Below the pieces are notes generated by a model. That model searched no databases, was not told the origin of the DNA, and saw nothing but the letters and a program-made list of their open reading frames with translations. Below are positions 31,031 through 41,128 of a stretch of 58,120 bases of DNA, in pieces. Within the stretch, counting starts at the first letter, position 1; each line of letters opens with the position of its first letter. This DNA is from an uncultured Acidimicrobiaceae bacterium (GTDB taxonomy: Bacteria > Actinomycetota > Acidimicrobiia > Acidimicrobiales > Aldehydirespiratoraceae): assembly GCA_913041415.1 (NCBI GenBank), contig CAJWHS010000006.1, forward strand, positions 1 through 58,120, in the 5' to 3' direction. Both the position numbers and the translations under genes were made by a program.

Positions 31031-33489
31031 GCGCGTTCCACCCGAACGTCGGTGACCGACGCCGAAGCATCGATCAGCGTGTTGACGTTGGACCCCGGCG
31101 CATTGGTCGGGATCATGGCCGAACCAGCGGGTACACCGAAGTCGGCGGCGAGTGGCGCCATCAGCTCACCTCGACCCGAGATCACCTTGACGACGGTGCC
31201 GGCGTCAAGGCCAAGCTTTTCGAAATCGGTGGGATTGAGCGTGACCTTCACCGAGGCGGCGAGGCCGGCGCTGGACGCGCTGGCCTGCAGCATCGTGCCG
31301 TTGTCGTACATGCGGCGAGCGGCCACGAGGCGCAGGGAATAGGCGTCGTTGGCTGGGGTGGTCGAGCCCGAAGCGGTAGGCGCTTCGATCGACGAGCCGC
31401 TGATCAGGACGCCCTCGACACGGCCATCGGCCAGCGCAGTCTCCGTGAGCTTGGCGTGAACCGGCGACACGACGGCGATCTCGGCCCGGATCGATTCGGG
31501 GGACTCGACGCCGAGGTCGGCACCGAGGCGCAAGGCCAGCTCGGCGGCGATCATCCAGTCGGCACGGGCGGTGCCGGGAGGGGTGACCTTCTGCTCGGCG
31601 ACACTCACGCGCCCCTCGAGGTTGGTGAAGGTCCCGTCGACTTCGGTCGGCGCTGCAGCGGGCAGGACGAGGTCGGCGTGGGTAAGGGTCGAGGCGTTGG
31701 GCAACATCTCGACGGCGATCACGGTGCCGGCGCCGGCGAGGCCACGCTCGGCCAGATCGGCATCGGGCACGTCGCTCAGTGGATCGCTGCCGAGCAGGAC
31801 GAGCACGTCGAGATCACCGGAGGCAGCCGCCTCCAGCATGGCGATGGTGTCCATGCCCACCTCGGTGGGCACCTGGTCGAAGGCGTCGCAACCGGCGCGC
31901 AGCGGCACTCGGCCGGGGAGCAGGCCCGGGGCCATGCCCATGTCGAGGGCGCCGTGCACATTGCCACGACGCAGCGCCGACAAGAAGCCGACCCCTTCGA
32001 GCTGGCTGAGGGCGATGGCTGCATCTACGGTGACCGCAGCGGACTCGGCGACCGAGGCTCGGCCGAGTACCACCGTGACCGGACCTGAGATCGAGGCAGC
32101 CGCAGCGGCGATGGCGTTGGCCGGCACACCGGCAGCATCGTGGGCGTCGCCCGATACGGCGTCGACGAGCGCAGCGGCCAGGAGGTCGACCTCACCCGGC
32201 TTCGGATGCAGCGAGTGAGCGGCGATCGTGCTGAGACCGGTGCGGGTCGGGGTCAACTCGATCAGCGTGGTGCCGTCGTTGACGACGGCATGGCGCAGGC
32301 GAAGGAAGAGCGCACCGAGGTCTTCCTTGGGGTCGGGACCGACGAGGATGACAGTGCGGCCCGGGGTGCAAGCCTGGTTGATCGTGGCGCGAGGCAGACC
32401 CAACACCGCCTCGACCGGAAGGCCATCGCCGAGTTGGGCGTCGACATTGTCGGTGCCGAGCACACCCTTGGCGAGCTTGGTCCAGGCGTACTGCGACTCA
32501 TTGGTGAGGCGCGCGCCGCCGATCACGCCGATGCGGGCCGGGTCGACATCGCGCAAGGCGTCGGTGGCCGCAGCAAGGGCGGGGGCCCAACCTGTGGCCT
32601 CAAGGCGACCATCGACACGGACCATCGGCGCAGTGAGACGGTCCTCGCTGTTGAGGGCCTCGAAGCCGAAGCGTTCCTTGTCGGAGAGCCAACCCCAGTT
32701 GACGCTGTCGGCGTCGACACCGAGCAGGCGCAGGACCTGGTTGCGGCTTGACTGGATGGTGACACGCGAACCAACCGAGTCGATCCACGCCGTGGAGATC
32801 GTCTCTTCGAGATCCCACGGGCGGGCCTTAAATCGATACGGCTTGGCGGTGAGCGCACCGACCGGGCAGATCTGGACCGTATTGCCCGAGAAGTAAGAGG
32901 CGAACGGCTCATCGGGGAACGTGTTGACCTGGGTGCTGTTGCCCCGGTCCATGAAGTGGATCAGCGTGTCGCCGGCGACATCGTCGGCGAAGCGGGTACA
33001 GCGATCACAGAGAATGCAGCGCTCACGGTCGAGGTAGACGGTGTCGCTGATCGGGATCGGCTTCTCGTAGTGCCGCTTCTCCTCGACGAAGCGGGACTCG
33101 CCAGGGCCGAAGGCTACGGTCTGATCCTGCAGCGGACACTCGCCACCCTTGTCGCACACCGGGCAGTCGAGCGGGTGGTTAATGAGCAGGAACTCGAGCA
33201 CACCATCCTGGGCCTTCTTGGTGGCCTCGGACTCGGTGTCGACGGTCATGCCCTCGCCCACCGGAATCATGCAGCTCGGCTGCAGTGCCGGACCACGGCC
33301 CGAGTCGACCTCGACCAGGCACATCCGGCACATGCCGACCGACTTCATGCGCGAGTGGTAGCAGAACCGCGGAATGTAGGTGCCGTGACGCTCGGCGGCG
33401 TCGATGAGCAGTTCACCCGGGTTGGCCTCAATCTCGACACCGTTCAGCGTGACGGTGACTGTGGACTTCTCGTTCTCGACCGCGGTCAT
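31027..33489 (-). CDS. nuoG: NADH-quinone oxidoreductase subunit G
   Basis: FCY..CRMC..C (N1b), HPLDCPVCDKGGEC (N5), CILCDRC..CPVGAL (N4). Confidence 0.95.
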   Translation of the reverse strand: MTAVENEKSTVTVTLNGVEIEANPGELLIDAAERHGTYIPRFCYHSRMKSVGMCRMCLVEVDSGRGPALQPSCMIPVGEGMTVDTESEATKKAQDGVLEFLLINHPLDCPVCDKGGECPLQDQTVAFGPGESRFVEEKRHYEKPIPISDTVYLDRERCILCDRCTRFADDVAGDTLIHFMDRGNSTQVNTFPDEPFASYFSGNTVQICPVGALTAKPYRFKARPWDLEETISTAWIDSVGSRVTIQSSRNQVLRLLGVDADSVNWGWLSDKERFGFEALNSEDRLTAPMVRVDGRLEATGWAPALAAATDALRDVDPARIGVIGGARLTNESQYAWTKLAKGVLGTDNVDAQLGDGLPVEAVLGLPRATINQACTPGRTVILVGPDPKEDLGALFLRLRHAVVNDGTTLIELTPTRTGLSTIAAHSLHPKPGEVDLLAAALVDAVSGDAHDAAGVPANAIAAAAASISGPVTVVLGRASVAESAAVTVDAAIALSQLEGVGFLSALRRGNVHGALDMGMAPGLLPGRVPLRAGCDAFDQVPTEVGMDTIAMLEAAASGDLDVLVLLGSDPLSDVPDADLAERGLAGAGTVIAVEMLPNASTLTHADLVLPAAAPTEVDGTFTNLEGRVSVAEQKVTPPGTARADWMIAAELALRLGADLGVESPESIRAEIAVVSPVHAKLTETALADGRVEGVLISGSSIEAPTASGSTTPANDAYSLRLVAARRMYDNGTMLQASASSAGLAASVKVTLNPTDFEKLGLDAGTVVKVISGRGELMAPLAADFGVPAGSAMIPTNAPGSNVNTLIDASASVTDVRVERA

Positions 33490-34913
33490 CAGCCAACCTC
33501 GACGGGGTCAGACGACATCGGGGCGGCCATCACCGGGATGGAATCCCGCTTGGTGATCTTGGCTTCGTACTCATGACGGAAGCGACGAATCGTCGACGTG
33601 ATCGGTGCGACCGACGATGGGCCCAGCGGGCAAATGGTGGTCTGCTTCGGCGGGAACGGCACGGCGTCAAGGCCCTGGGACGGGTCGGCCGCGACCGGGT
33701 AGGGGCCGGGCGAGATGTTGTCGGCGATGTCGAGCAGCTTGTCGATGTCGCTGGGACGACCTTCACCGTCGAGAATGCGCTGCAAGATGCGCTCTTCCCA
33801 AGTGGTGCCCTCCCGGCACGGGGTGCACTTGCCGCACGACTCACGGGCGTAGAACCGCACGAGTCGCAGCGCGGCCTTGACGGCATCGGTTGTCTCGTCC
33901 ATCACCATGATGGCGCCCGAGCCAAGCATCGAACCTTCCGCACCGACGGTGCGACCCTCAAGGGGAAGGTCGAGTTGCTCTGGGAAGAACCAGGGGGCCG
34001 AACCGCCGCCCGGCACGAACATCTTGAGTTCGTTGTCGTTGCGAATCCCGCGACAGAAGTTGTCTCCGTAGAGGAGGTCGCGGAAGGTCGTGACGCCCTG
34101 CTCAATCTCGTACACGCCGGGACGGTTCACGTGACCCGACACGGCGACCATCCGCGAGCCGGGCGAAGCCTCCGAGCCGTGCGCCTTGTACTGCTCGAAG
34201 CCGTTGACGAGCAGCCAGGGAAGGTTGCTCAGCGTCTCGACATTGTTGACGATCGTGGGCTGGCCATAGAGGCCGATTGCGGCTGGGAAGAACGGCGGCT
34301 TGAGGCGCGGCATCCCGCGGTTGCCCTCGAGCGACTCGATCAGTGCCGTCTCCTCGCCGACGATGTAGGCGCCGGCGCCCCAGGTCAGCGTGATGTCGAC
34401 GCTGAACTCCGTACCCATGATGTTCTTGCCGACATAGCCCTTGGCGTAGGCCTCGTTAAGCGCTTGGGCGAGATTCTCCTGGGCGGCGGGCATTTCGCCT
34501 CGTACGTAGAGGAAGCACTGGCTGAGACCGAGCGCGTAGCAGGTGATGAGGCAGCCCTCAATCAACTGGTGAGGGTCGCGCTCCATGAGGAGGCGATCCT
34601 TGTAGGTGCCGGGCTCGGACTCGTCGCCGTTGACGACCAGGTAGTACGGGAACTTGCCGGGAGGCATGAAGCCCCACTTCACGCCCGCCGGGAAGCCGGC
34701 GCCACCACGGCCGAGCACGACGGCGTCGCGGACCTCTTCGTGGACATCGGCCGGAGTGCGGTCAAGGGCGCGGCGCAAACCCTCGTAACCGTTGGTGGCC
34801 TCGTAGCGCTCGAGGGTGTGGGAGTCCTCATGGACGAAGCGGCTGGTGACGATCTTGGGCCCGTCGTTGTCGACATAGCCGGGCGCATGGGGGACATAGT
34901 CGTACGTCGGCAT
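33489..34913 (-). CDS. nuoF: NADH-quinone oxidoreductase subunit F
   Basis: GRGGAGFP, DESEPGTYKDR, GAGAYIVGEETAL, ESCGKCTPCREG..CPLG. Confidence 0.97.
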   Translation of the reverse strand: MPTYDYVPHAPGYVDNDGPKIVTSRFVHEDSHTLERYEATNGYEGLRRALDRTPADVHEEVRDAVVLGRGGAGFPAGVKWGFMPPGKFPYYLVVNGDESEPGTYKDRLLMERDPHQLIEGCLITCYALGLSQCFLYVRGEMPAAQENLAQALNEAYAKGYVGKNIMGTEFSVDITLTWGAGAYIVGEETALIESLEGNRGMPRLKPPFFPAAIGLYGQPTIVNNVETLSNLPWLLVNGFEQYKAHGSEASPGSRMVAVSGHVNRPGVYEIEQGVTTFRDLLYGDNFCRGIRNDNELKMFVPGGGSAPWFFPEQLDLPLEGRTVGAEGSMLGSGAIMVMDETTDAVKAALRLVRFYARESCGKCTPCREGTTWEERILQRILDGEGRPSDIDKLLDIADNISPGPYPVAADPSQGLDAVPFPPKQTTICPLGPSSVAPITSTIRRFRHEYEAKITKRDSIPVMAAPMSSDPVEVG

Positions 34914-35542
34914 CAGCCTTCTCTTCCTTCAGCGGCAGCGTCATTTCGGGCGAGCCAGACCGGGCGTTCGGTGGCCTGCTCCGGCGCCACGATGCCCGCA
35001 CCGGCGCCGGCCGGGATGTGCTGACGGACTAGGCCGAGCGTGCCGTGCTCCGGGATGTCGGTCGCCCGACCGTTGCGGATGTCGTCGATGAGCTGATCGA
35101 GATCGTCGGCGGTGAGCCGCAGCTTGTAGCGGTAGTTGACTTGTAGGCACGGGGCCTCGGTGCACGCTGCGATGCACTCGACGTCTTCGATGGTGAACAT
35201 GCCGTCGGCGGTGGTGCCGCCGGCCTTGATCCCCAGCGACTCTTCGGCATGGGCGAGGAGTTCCTCACCGCCAAGCAGCTGGCAGGCGAGATTGGTGCAC
35301 ACATTGATCATGTACGCGCCCACCGGGTGGAACTTGAACATCTCGTAGAACGAGCCGGTGCCCTTCACCTCGGCGGGCGTGGTGTCGGCGAGCTCGGCGA
35401 TCTGGCGCATGGCGTTGTCGGTGACCCAGCCCTCCTGCTCCTGTGCAAGATGCAGCAGCGGGATGAGCGCCGACTTCTTGCGCGGGTAGCGCGAGATGAT
35501 CTCGTGCGCAGTCTCGAGGTTTTCAGCGGTGAAGTAGCTCAT
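34913..35542 (-). CDS. nuoE: NADH-quinone oxidoreductase subunit E
   Basis: CTNLAC..CIAAC [2Fe-2S] motif. Confidence 0.95.
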   Translation of the reverse strand: MSYFTAENLETAHEIISRYPRKKSALIPLLHLAQEQEGWVTDNAMRQIAELADTTPAEVKGTGSFYEMFKFHPVGAYMINVCTNLACQLLGGEELLAHAEESLGIKAGGTTADGMFTIEDVECIAACTEAPCLQVNYRYKLRLTADDLDQLIDDIRNGRATDIPEHGTLGLVRQHIPAGAGAGIVAPEQATERPVWLARNDAAAEGREG

Positions 35543-36840
35543 CGATCGACCTCACCCATGATCGGGTCGACGCTGGAGATGATCGCCACGGCGTCGGCGA
35601 TGAGGCTTTCGCGCATGAGGTGCGGCATGGTCTGGACATTGATGAACGACGGACCCCGCACATGCATGCGGTAGGGCGTCGAGCTGCCGTCAGAAACCAT
35701 GTAGATGCCGAGCTCGCCACGGGGTGACTCGACACACGCATAGGCCTCCCCCTCGGGAACCTTGAAGCCCTCGGTGAAGATCTTGAAATGGTGGATGAGC
35801 GCTTCCATCGATTGATCGATGCGAATGCGAGGCGGCGGGGTGACCTTCTTGTCCTGCACCCGGTAATCGCCCAACGGCATTTTGTCGAGAATCTGTTCGA
35901 CGATGCGCATCGACTCTCGGATCTCGTTGAGACGGATCGCGTAGCGGTCGTAGCAGTCACCGTATGTGCCGACGATGACGTCGAAATCGACCTCGTCGTA
36001 AGCGAGGTAGGGCTGATCGCGACGGAGGTCCCAGGCATAGCCGGTGGAGCGAAGGATCGGACCGGTAGCCGACAAGGCGAGCGCCTCGTCGGTGTTCAGC
36101 GTGCCGACACCCTGCAGGCGTTCACGCCAAATCGGCTGCCCGGTCATGAGGACGTCGTACTCCTCGAGGCGAGGCGGCAGCAGTTCGAGCAACGCCTCGA
36201 TCTCACCCTTCCAGCCGTCGGGAAGATCAGCGGCGACGCCACCGGGGCGGATGTAGTTGTGGTTCATCCGCAGACCCGTGACCTTTTCGAAGAAGCGGAG
36301 GACCTCTTCGCGTTCACGCCAGCCGTAGATCATCATCGACACCGCACCGAGATCCATGCCGTTGGTGGCCATGAACAACAGATGGGAGCTGATGCGGTTG
36401 AGCTCGCTCATCAGCATGCGGATCCAGACCGCACGCTCGGGCACCTCGATATCGAGGAGCTTCTCGGTGGCGAGGCTGAACGCCAGTTCGGTGAAGAACG
36501 GCGAGGCGTAGTCCATGCGGGTGACGTTGGTGCACCCCTGCAGGAAGGTCAGCTGCTCTGCCTGCTTCTCCATACCGGTGTGCAGGTAGCCCACGACCGG
36601 CTTGGAACGAATGACGGTCTCGCCCTCCATCTCCAACATGAGGCGCAACACGCCGTGGGTCGACGGATGCGACGGGCCCATGTTAAGCAGGACCCGCTCG
36701 TCGTCGTCAGGGGTGGTGGCGTCGGTGCCGATCGCGGCGGCTTGGGCCTCGCTGAGGCGCAGGACCGCAGCATCATCGCCACGCTGGCGGACACGTGCGG
36801 CGCCGTCGACCGTCTCGGGGGTTTCGTCGGTGATCGTCAT
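35539..36840 (-). CDS. nuoD: NADH-quinone oxidoreductase subunit D (14-subunit cluster)
   Basis: NMGPSHPSTHGVLR, GYLHTGMEK, RMDY, MEALIHHFK, GEVDR. Confidence 0.97.
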   Translation of the reverse strand: MTITDETPETVDGAARVRQRGDDAAVLRLSEAQAAAIGTDATTPDDDERVLLNMGPSHPSTHGVLRLMLEMEGETVIRSKPVVGYLHTGMEKQAEQLTFLQGCTNVTRMDYASPFFTELAFSLATEKLLDIEVPERAVWIRMLMSELNRISSHLLFMATNGMDLGAVSMMIYGWREREEVLRFFEKVTGLRMNHNYIRPGGVAADLPDGWKGEIEALLELLPPRLEEYDVLMTGQPIWRERLQGVGTLNTDEALALSATGPILRSTGYAWDLRRDQPYLAYDEVDFDVIVGTYGDCYDRYAIRLNEIRESMRIVEQILDKMPLGDYRVQDKKVTPPPRIRIDQSMEALIHHFKIFTEGFKVPEGEAYACVESPRGELGIYMVSDGSSTPYRMHVRGPSFINVQTMPHLMRESLIADAVAIISSVDPIMGEVDR

Positions 36841-37373
36841 CGTTCGTTGCTCGCTGCCTTGAACTGGACGGGGATGGCGCCGACGGCATAGTCCTTGCGG
36901 AGAGGGTGCCCGACCCAGTCCTCGGGCATGAGGACTCGGCTCATGTCGGGGTGGTCGGAAAAGGTGATGCCGAACATGTCGAACGCCTCACGTTCGAGGT
37001 ACTCGCTGCCGGGCCACAGGTCGAAGAGGCTTGGAATGGTCGGTTCGTCAGCGCTCACCTGGGTGCGGATACGGATCCGTTCGCGGCGGACATGGTTGAT
37101 CAGCGACGTGACCACCTCGAAGCGTTCTGGGGTGAGCCCGCCCGGGAGCGCGCGCTCGCCGGCGTACGTGAGATAGTCGACGGCAGTGAGGTCGATCAGT
37201 TGGTCGAACCCGTCAGCGCGAGCCTCGCTGCAGACCTCGAGGTAGGTCTCGACCGAGGCGTGCAACACAACATCGCCGTGGGACTTGCTCACGACTGCGC
37301 CGAAGCGCAGATCGACAGCAGCTTCCTCGGCGACGGCCTCCGCCTCTTCGGCGGCTGCGGTCTCGTCACTCAT
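36837..37373 (-). CDS. nuoC: NADH-quinone oxidoreductase subunit C (14-subunit cluster)
   Basis: EREAFDMFGI, GHPLRKDY. Confidence 0.95.
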   Translation of the reverse strand: MSDETAAAEEAEAVAEEAAVDLRFGAVVSKSHGDVVLHASVETYLEVCSEARADGFDQLIDLTAVDYLTYAGERALPGGLTPERFEVVTSLINHVRRERIRIRTQVSADEPTIPSLFDLWPGSEYLEREAFDMFGITFSDHPDMSRVLMPEDWVGHPLRKDYAVGAIPVQFKAASNER

Positions 37374-37374
37374 G

Positions 37375-37968
37375 TCAGCCCCCGATCGTCAGGCCAGCGG
37401 TCTGTCCGTCGCGCTGTTCGATGGTGATACCGGCGCCGCCGCCATTCGCCTCGCGGCGTTGGACAAGCTCGCCGGACTCGATCTTGGTGTGCAGGGTGAA
37501 GATCGAGTGCAGGAGGGTTTCCGGCCCGGGCGGGCAGCCTGGTGCGTAGACATCGACCGGCACGATCTGGTCGACGCCTTGCACGATCGCGTAGTTGTTG
37601 AACATGCCGCCGCTCGAGGCGCACACGCCCATGGAGATCACCCACTTGGGTTCCATCATCTGGTCGTAGACCTGACGGAGAACCGGAGCCATCTTCTGGC
37701 TCACCCGGCCGGCAACGATCATTAGGTCAGCCTGCCGAGGCGATGCCCGGAAGGTCTCCATGCCGTAGCGGGCGAGGTCGTAGTGGGCCGTGCCCGACGC
37801 CATCATCTCGATTGCGCAGCACGCGAGACCGAACGTGGCCGGCCAGAGGCTGCGGGACCGCGCCCAGCTGACCAGGTTCTCGACATTGCCGGTGAGGAAG
37901 TTGTGATCCATCCCCTCCAGGCCGTTGTCGGCGATCGACTGGCTTTCACCGAGCCCTGGAATCCTCAC
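37375..37968 (-). CDS. nuoB: NADH-quinone oxidoreductase subunit B (14-subunit cluster)
   Basis: [29 protein letters not shown]. Confidence 0.96.
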   Translation of the reverse strand: MRIPGLGESQSIADNGLEGMDHNFLTGNVENLVSWARSRSLWPATFGLACCAIEMMASGTAHYDLARYGMETFRASPRQADLMIVAGRVSQKMAPVLRQVYDQMMEPKWVISMGVCASSGGMFNNYAIVQGVDQIVPVDVYAPGCPPGPETLLHSIFTLHTKIESGELVQRREANGGGAGITIEQRDGQTAGLTIGG

Positions 37969-38435
37969 GCTGCCGTCTCCTCCGCAATCGGCCGGTTCTC
38001 GAGACCGACACGGCGAATGGTGGATTCAGCGGTTCGTTCCGGCGAGACGGCGCCGGACGGGCGAGCCACCTGCTTGAGCGGGCCCCATTCGAGTGCGCCG
38101 TTGCTGATCAGGTACACGAACGACTCGAAGACGGCGAACGTAAATACCATGATCATCGCCAGGCCGAACACGCCGAGACTCCCGTAGGCCAAAGCGTACG
38201 GGTAGAAGAAGATGATCTCGATGTCGAAGACGATGAAGATCATGGCGACCAGGAAGAACTTCACCGGGAAGCGTTCCGGGGTCTCCTTGGTCGGGACGAT
38301 GCCGCACTCATACGCAGCTCGCTTGGCGTACGTCGGGTTGCGCGGGGCCAGGAGGCCCGATGCGATGAAGCTGCCGGCGGCGAAGAGCACCGCTAGCCCA
38401 AACAGCATCAGCAGGGGCAGGTACTGGCCGAGCAT
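37965..38435 (-). CDS. nuoA: NADH-quinone oxidoreductase subunit A (14-subunit cluster)
   Basis: [23 protein letters not shown]. Confidence 0.95.
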   Translation of the reverse strand: MLGQYLPLLMLFGLAVLFAAGSFIASGLLAPRNPTYAKRAAYECGIVPTKETPERFPVKFFLVAMIFIVFDIEIIFFYPYALAYGSLGVFGLAMIMVFTFAVFESFVYLISNGALEWGPLKQVARPSGAVSPERTAESTIRRVGLENRPIAEETAA

Positions 38436-38438
38436 GGG

Positions 38439-39578
38439 TTACGCCGCCTTTTCGAACTCAGCTCGCCGAGCCATGACGACCTTGTCGCGTTCGTGGAGCA
38501 TGTAACACAGCGACAAGAAGATGAGTAGCGAACCGATGGTGAAGAACGCCGGCACCTGACGCAGGTTGCCCAGGTTGCGGATCATCACGACCGAGACGAT
38601 CGGCTCGTCTTGGTCGACCACCGGGATAAGCGGAGCGTTACCCGGCAGGTTGGTCAACGACTCCTCCGTGACCTGCTGCACCTGGATGATGCCGTAGCGG
38701 GTCGGGTGGCTGATCTGCGCAGTCTGGCGGATCCTGGTCCAGACCCGGTCGAGGACGTTCGGGTCATCGGGCAGGCCTTCCTTGCCGCCGATGGTGTAGG
38801 CGTCAAGGAGCTTGAACTGGCTCTGGTCGGCGAAGGAGAAATCGTCGGACTCGAGCAGCATGGCGATGGCCGAGGCCTGCGCCTCGCCCGCTTCGGCGGT
38901 GGACAGAAGTGTCCAGCCTCCGAGGTTCGCATTGTCAGGATCAATCAGACCGGGGGTGACTGCAGCGAGTTCGGACCAGGTGGTCGCCTCGTTGCGACTC
39001 TGCTCTGCGGCGACGAGTGCGTCGATCTTCGCCAGCGACAGGCCCTCGACCTGGTCGGGCGTGAGGCGCTCAGCGACGACGATGCCGAATTCCGCGTCGG
39101 CAATCTGGATCTCGACGAGACGATCGGCAGCGTCATTGCTGAGGCCGGCCGAATCCATAGTTCGCCAGTCGGCGCCGAACTCGGCCTCGGCAGCCTCGGC
39201 AGCCGCAACGACCGCCTCATGCGCCGACGGCAGAGATTCGGTGCGAAGCAGGTTGGCCTCGTCGAGCGCGGCGAAGGTCAGGTGGCCTTCCGTCTCGGTG
39301 CCCTCGACGATCTCGACTTCGTCCCATACCGGGCCGTCACCAGCCCAACCGATGCCATAGAGCCACCAGATCGAACCCATAATGGTCAACCAGGCAAAGA
39401 GGCCCGCCAGGGACAGCAGGGTGCCGAGGCGGACGCCGTTGTTGCTGGACACGATGATCCAGACGGAGCCCATCCAGACACAGAAGCCCGCGAAGACCGC
39501 AAGGAAGCCGCGGACATGGGGATCCCACTCAAGCCCGTCGATCCAGTCGAGGACGCCGATCAGTTCGACCATTTCCAT
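38439..39578 (-). CDS. hypothetical membrane protein linking the cytochrome bc and nuo genes
   Basis: 2 N-terminal TMs, large acidic domain, 1 C-terminal TM; ATG overlaps the cytochrome c stop; ends 3 bp before nuoA. Confidence 0.8.
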   Translation of the reverse strand: MEMVELIGVLDWIDGLEWDPHVRGFLAVFAGFCVWMGSVWIIVSSNNGVRLGTLLSLAGLFAWLTIMGSIWWLYGIGWAGDGPVWDEVEIVEGTETEGHLTFAALDEANLLRTESLPSAHEAVVAAAEAAEAEFGADWRTMDSAGLSNDAADRLVEIQIADAEFGIVVAERLTPDQVEGLSLAKIDALVAAEQSRNEATTWSELAAVTPGLIDPDNANLGGWTLLSTAEAGEAQASAIAMLLESDDFSFADQSQFKLLDAYTIGGKEGLPDDPNVLDRVWTRIRQTAQISHPTRYGIIQVQQVTEESLTNLPGNAPLIPVVDQDEPIVSVVMIRNLGNLRQVPAFFTIGSLLIFLSLCYMLHERDKVVMARRAEFEKAA

Positions 39579-41071
39579 CAAAGAGTCCTCTCAAACGCCA
39601 CGATGGCATCGATCTGCTCGTCGGTGAGCAGGGCCGGATACTCGAAGACGATGCCGGAGCCGGGGCCCATACCTGGGCCCACCGGATTGGCTTCCGTCAG
39701 TGCGCCGAAGCCAGGCATCTGGCCGTTGCCGCCCGAACCACCACGACCGTAAGTCTGACCGATGGCTTGGCCTCGCGTGATGAAGGCCGACTGGCCGATG
39801 GCGGTCTCGAACTGCGAAAGGGTTGAGCCGCCGGTCAGGTTGGGGCCGAAGAAGCCACCGGCAGTGACGTACCCGTCGGCGAGCTCGGGAATCGGACCGT
39901 CGCGGCCGTTCTCCTCGAGCACATAGTCGGATGCGCCGTCGAAGCTCCAGCCATAGGTGTGGCAGCGGGCGCAGCTGTACGTGCCGGCGGCCGCCGTGTT
40001 GCTGAAGAGGATCTCGCCCCACTGGAGGTACGCCTCCTGACCCTCGAACGCATCGAGGGTCGAAAGAATTTCGAGCGCAGCGGCTCGGAGGTCGTCCTCA
40101 TTGCCCTCATCGGCGAGCGACGGGTCGGCCTCGATCACAAGGGCATCGGCCGTGGCCTTCGCCGCCGAGACCTGATCGAACCAGGTGGACACCGCCGCAT
40201 CAAGCGGTTCGACCGCAGCCTCGTTCGCTGCGGTGAGACGGGCGTTGGCCTCGTCGAGTGCCAGGCACTCGCTGGCGTCGTCGGAGCACTCGAAGTCGAA
40301 GTCGGCCCGACCGAGCAACCGAACGGCCATGGCGGCGTCGGCCTGGGCGGCTTCCGCGGCCCGGACCTCGACCGCCCACGCCTCATCGCTGGTCTCGAGG
40401 ATCAGCGCCTTGGCACCGGCCTCGACACCACTGTCGACCTGTGAGCGGATCTCATCTTCGGAGATCTGAACGCTGCGGAGATAGAAGATGATCTCTTCGA
40501 GCTGCTGATCGGTGAGCGGACCGCCGCCACCGGAACCCCAGGCCGGCATGACACCGTTTCGGCCGTAGTTGAGCACGTGGAGAATCTCGTCCTCGGTGTG
40601 GCGCGACATCAGCGTGTTGAGGGCTGGCGCCTTCCAGTTGACCTGGGCCACAAACTCGCCGGACGACGAGGTGATGGCGGTGTTGACGACACCACCGGCG
40701 CCCTCAGGGCCGTGACAGTTCACGCACTGCGCACCCTCGAGATAGATCTCCTCGCCACGGTTGGTGGAGATTCGCCACGTGTCGAGATCCCGGCCTTCGT
40801 GACGCCCCGGCTCACCGAGCCAGTAAAGCGGCAAGGTGATGGCCACGATCGTCAGCAGCACCAGGCTCGAGCCAAGCGCAAGATCGAGCTTCTTGCCCTC
40901 GAGATCCTCGTCGGAGAGATACGGCTTGCGGTTCGAGGCGAGCTCAATCTCCGAGCCGACTTCGTTGCGAGCCGAGCGGATGTTGAAGTAGATGTAGACG
41001 ATCCCACCGAGGACGACGATCGCCAAGATGACGAGTCCGATGGTTCGTTGTGTGGAGGCGGCGAGCAACAT
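39578..41071 (-). CDS. membrane-anchored diheme cytochrome c (QcrC-like subunit of the Rieske/cytochrome b complex)
   Basis: CVNCH..MPAWG and CARCH..MPGFG; two N-terminal TMs. Confidence 0.88.
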   Translation of the reverse strand: MLLAASTQRTIGLVILAIVVLGGIVYIYFNIRSARNEVGSEIELASNRKPYLSDEDLEGKKLDLALGSSLVLLTIVAITLPLYWLGEPGRHEGRDLDTWRISTNRGEEIYLEGAQCVNCHGPEGAGGVVNTAITSSSGEFVAQVNWKAPALNTLMSRHTEDEILHVLNYGRNGVMPAWGSGGGGPLTDQQLEEIIFYLRSVQISEDEIRSQVDSGVEAGAKALILETSDEAWAVEVRAAEAAQADAAMAVRLLGRADFDFECSDDASECLALDEANARLTAANEAAVEPLDAAVSTWFDQVSAAKATADALVIEADPSLADEGNEDDLRAAALEILSTLDAFEGQEAYLQWGEILFSNTAAAGTYSCARCHTYGWSFDGASDYVLEENGRDGPIPELADGYVTAGGFFGPNLTGGSTLSQFETAIGQSAFITRGQAIGQTYGRGGSGGNGQMPGFGALTEANPVGPGMGPGSGIVFEYPALLTDEQIDAIVAFERTL

Positions 41072-41128
41072 GCGAGTGTCGGGTGGTCGAGAACTCTCTG
41101 AGATGGGAACGGACGGAGGCTACCGGGC

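Noticed and set aside
35040-35060. IPEH in the NuoE tail as another copy of the TEVPEHL motif
   Set aside because: Only four residues match and the following Leu/basic helix is absent (IPEHGTL)
11260-38435. The two nuo clusters as an assembly duplication
   Set aside because: The paralogs are strongly diverged in sequence, length and motifs, and only one has nuoEFG
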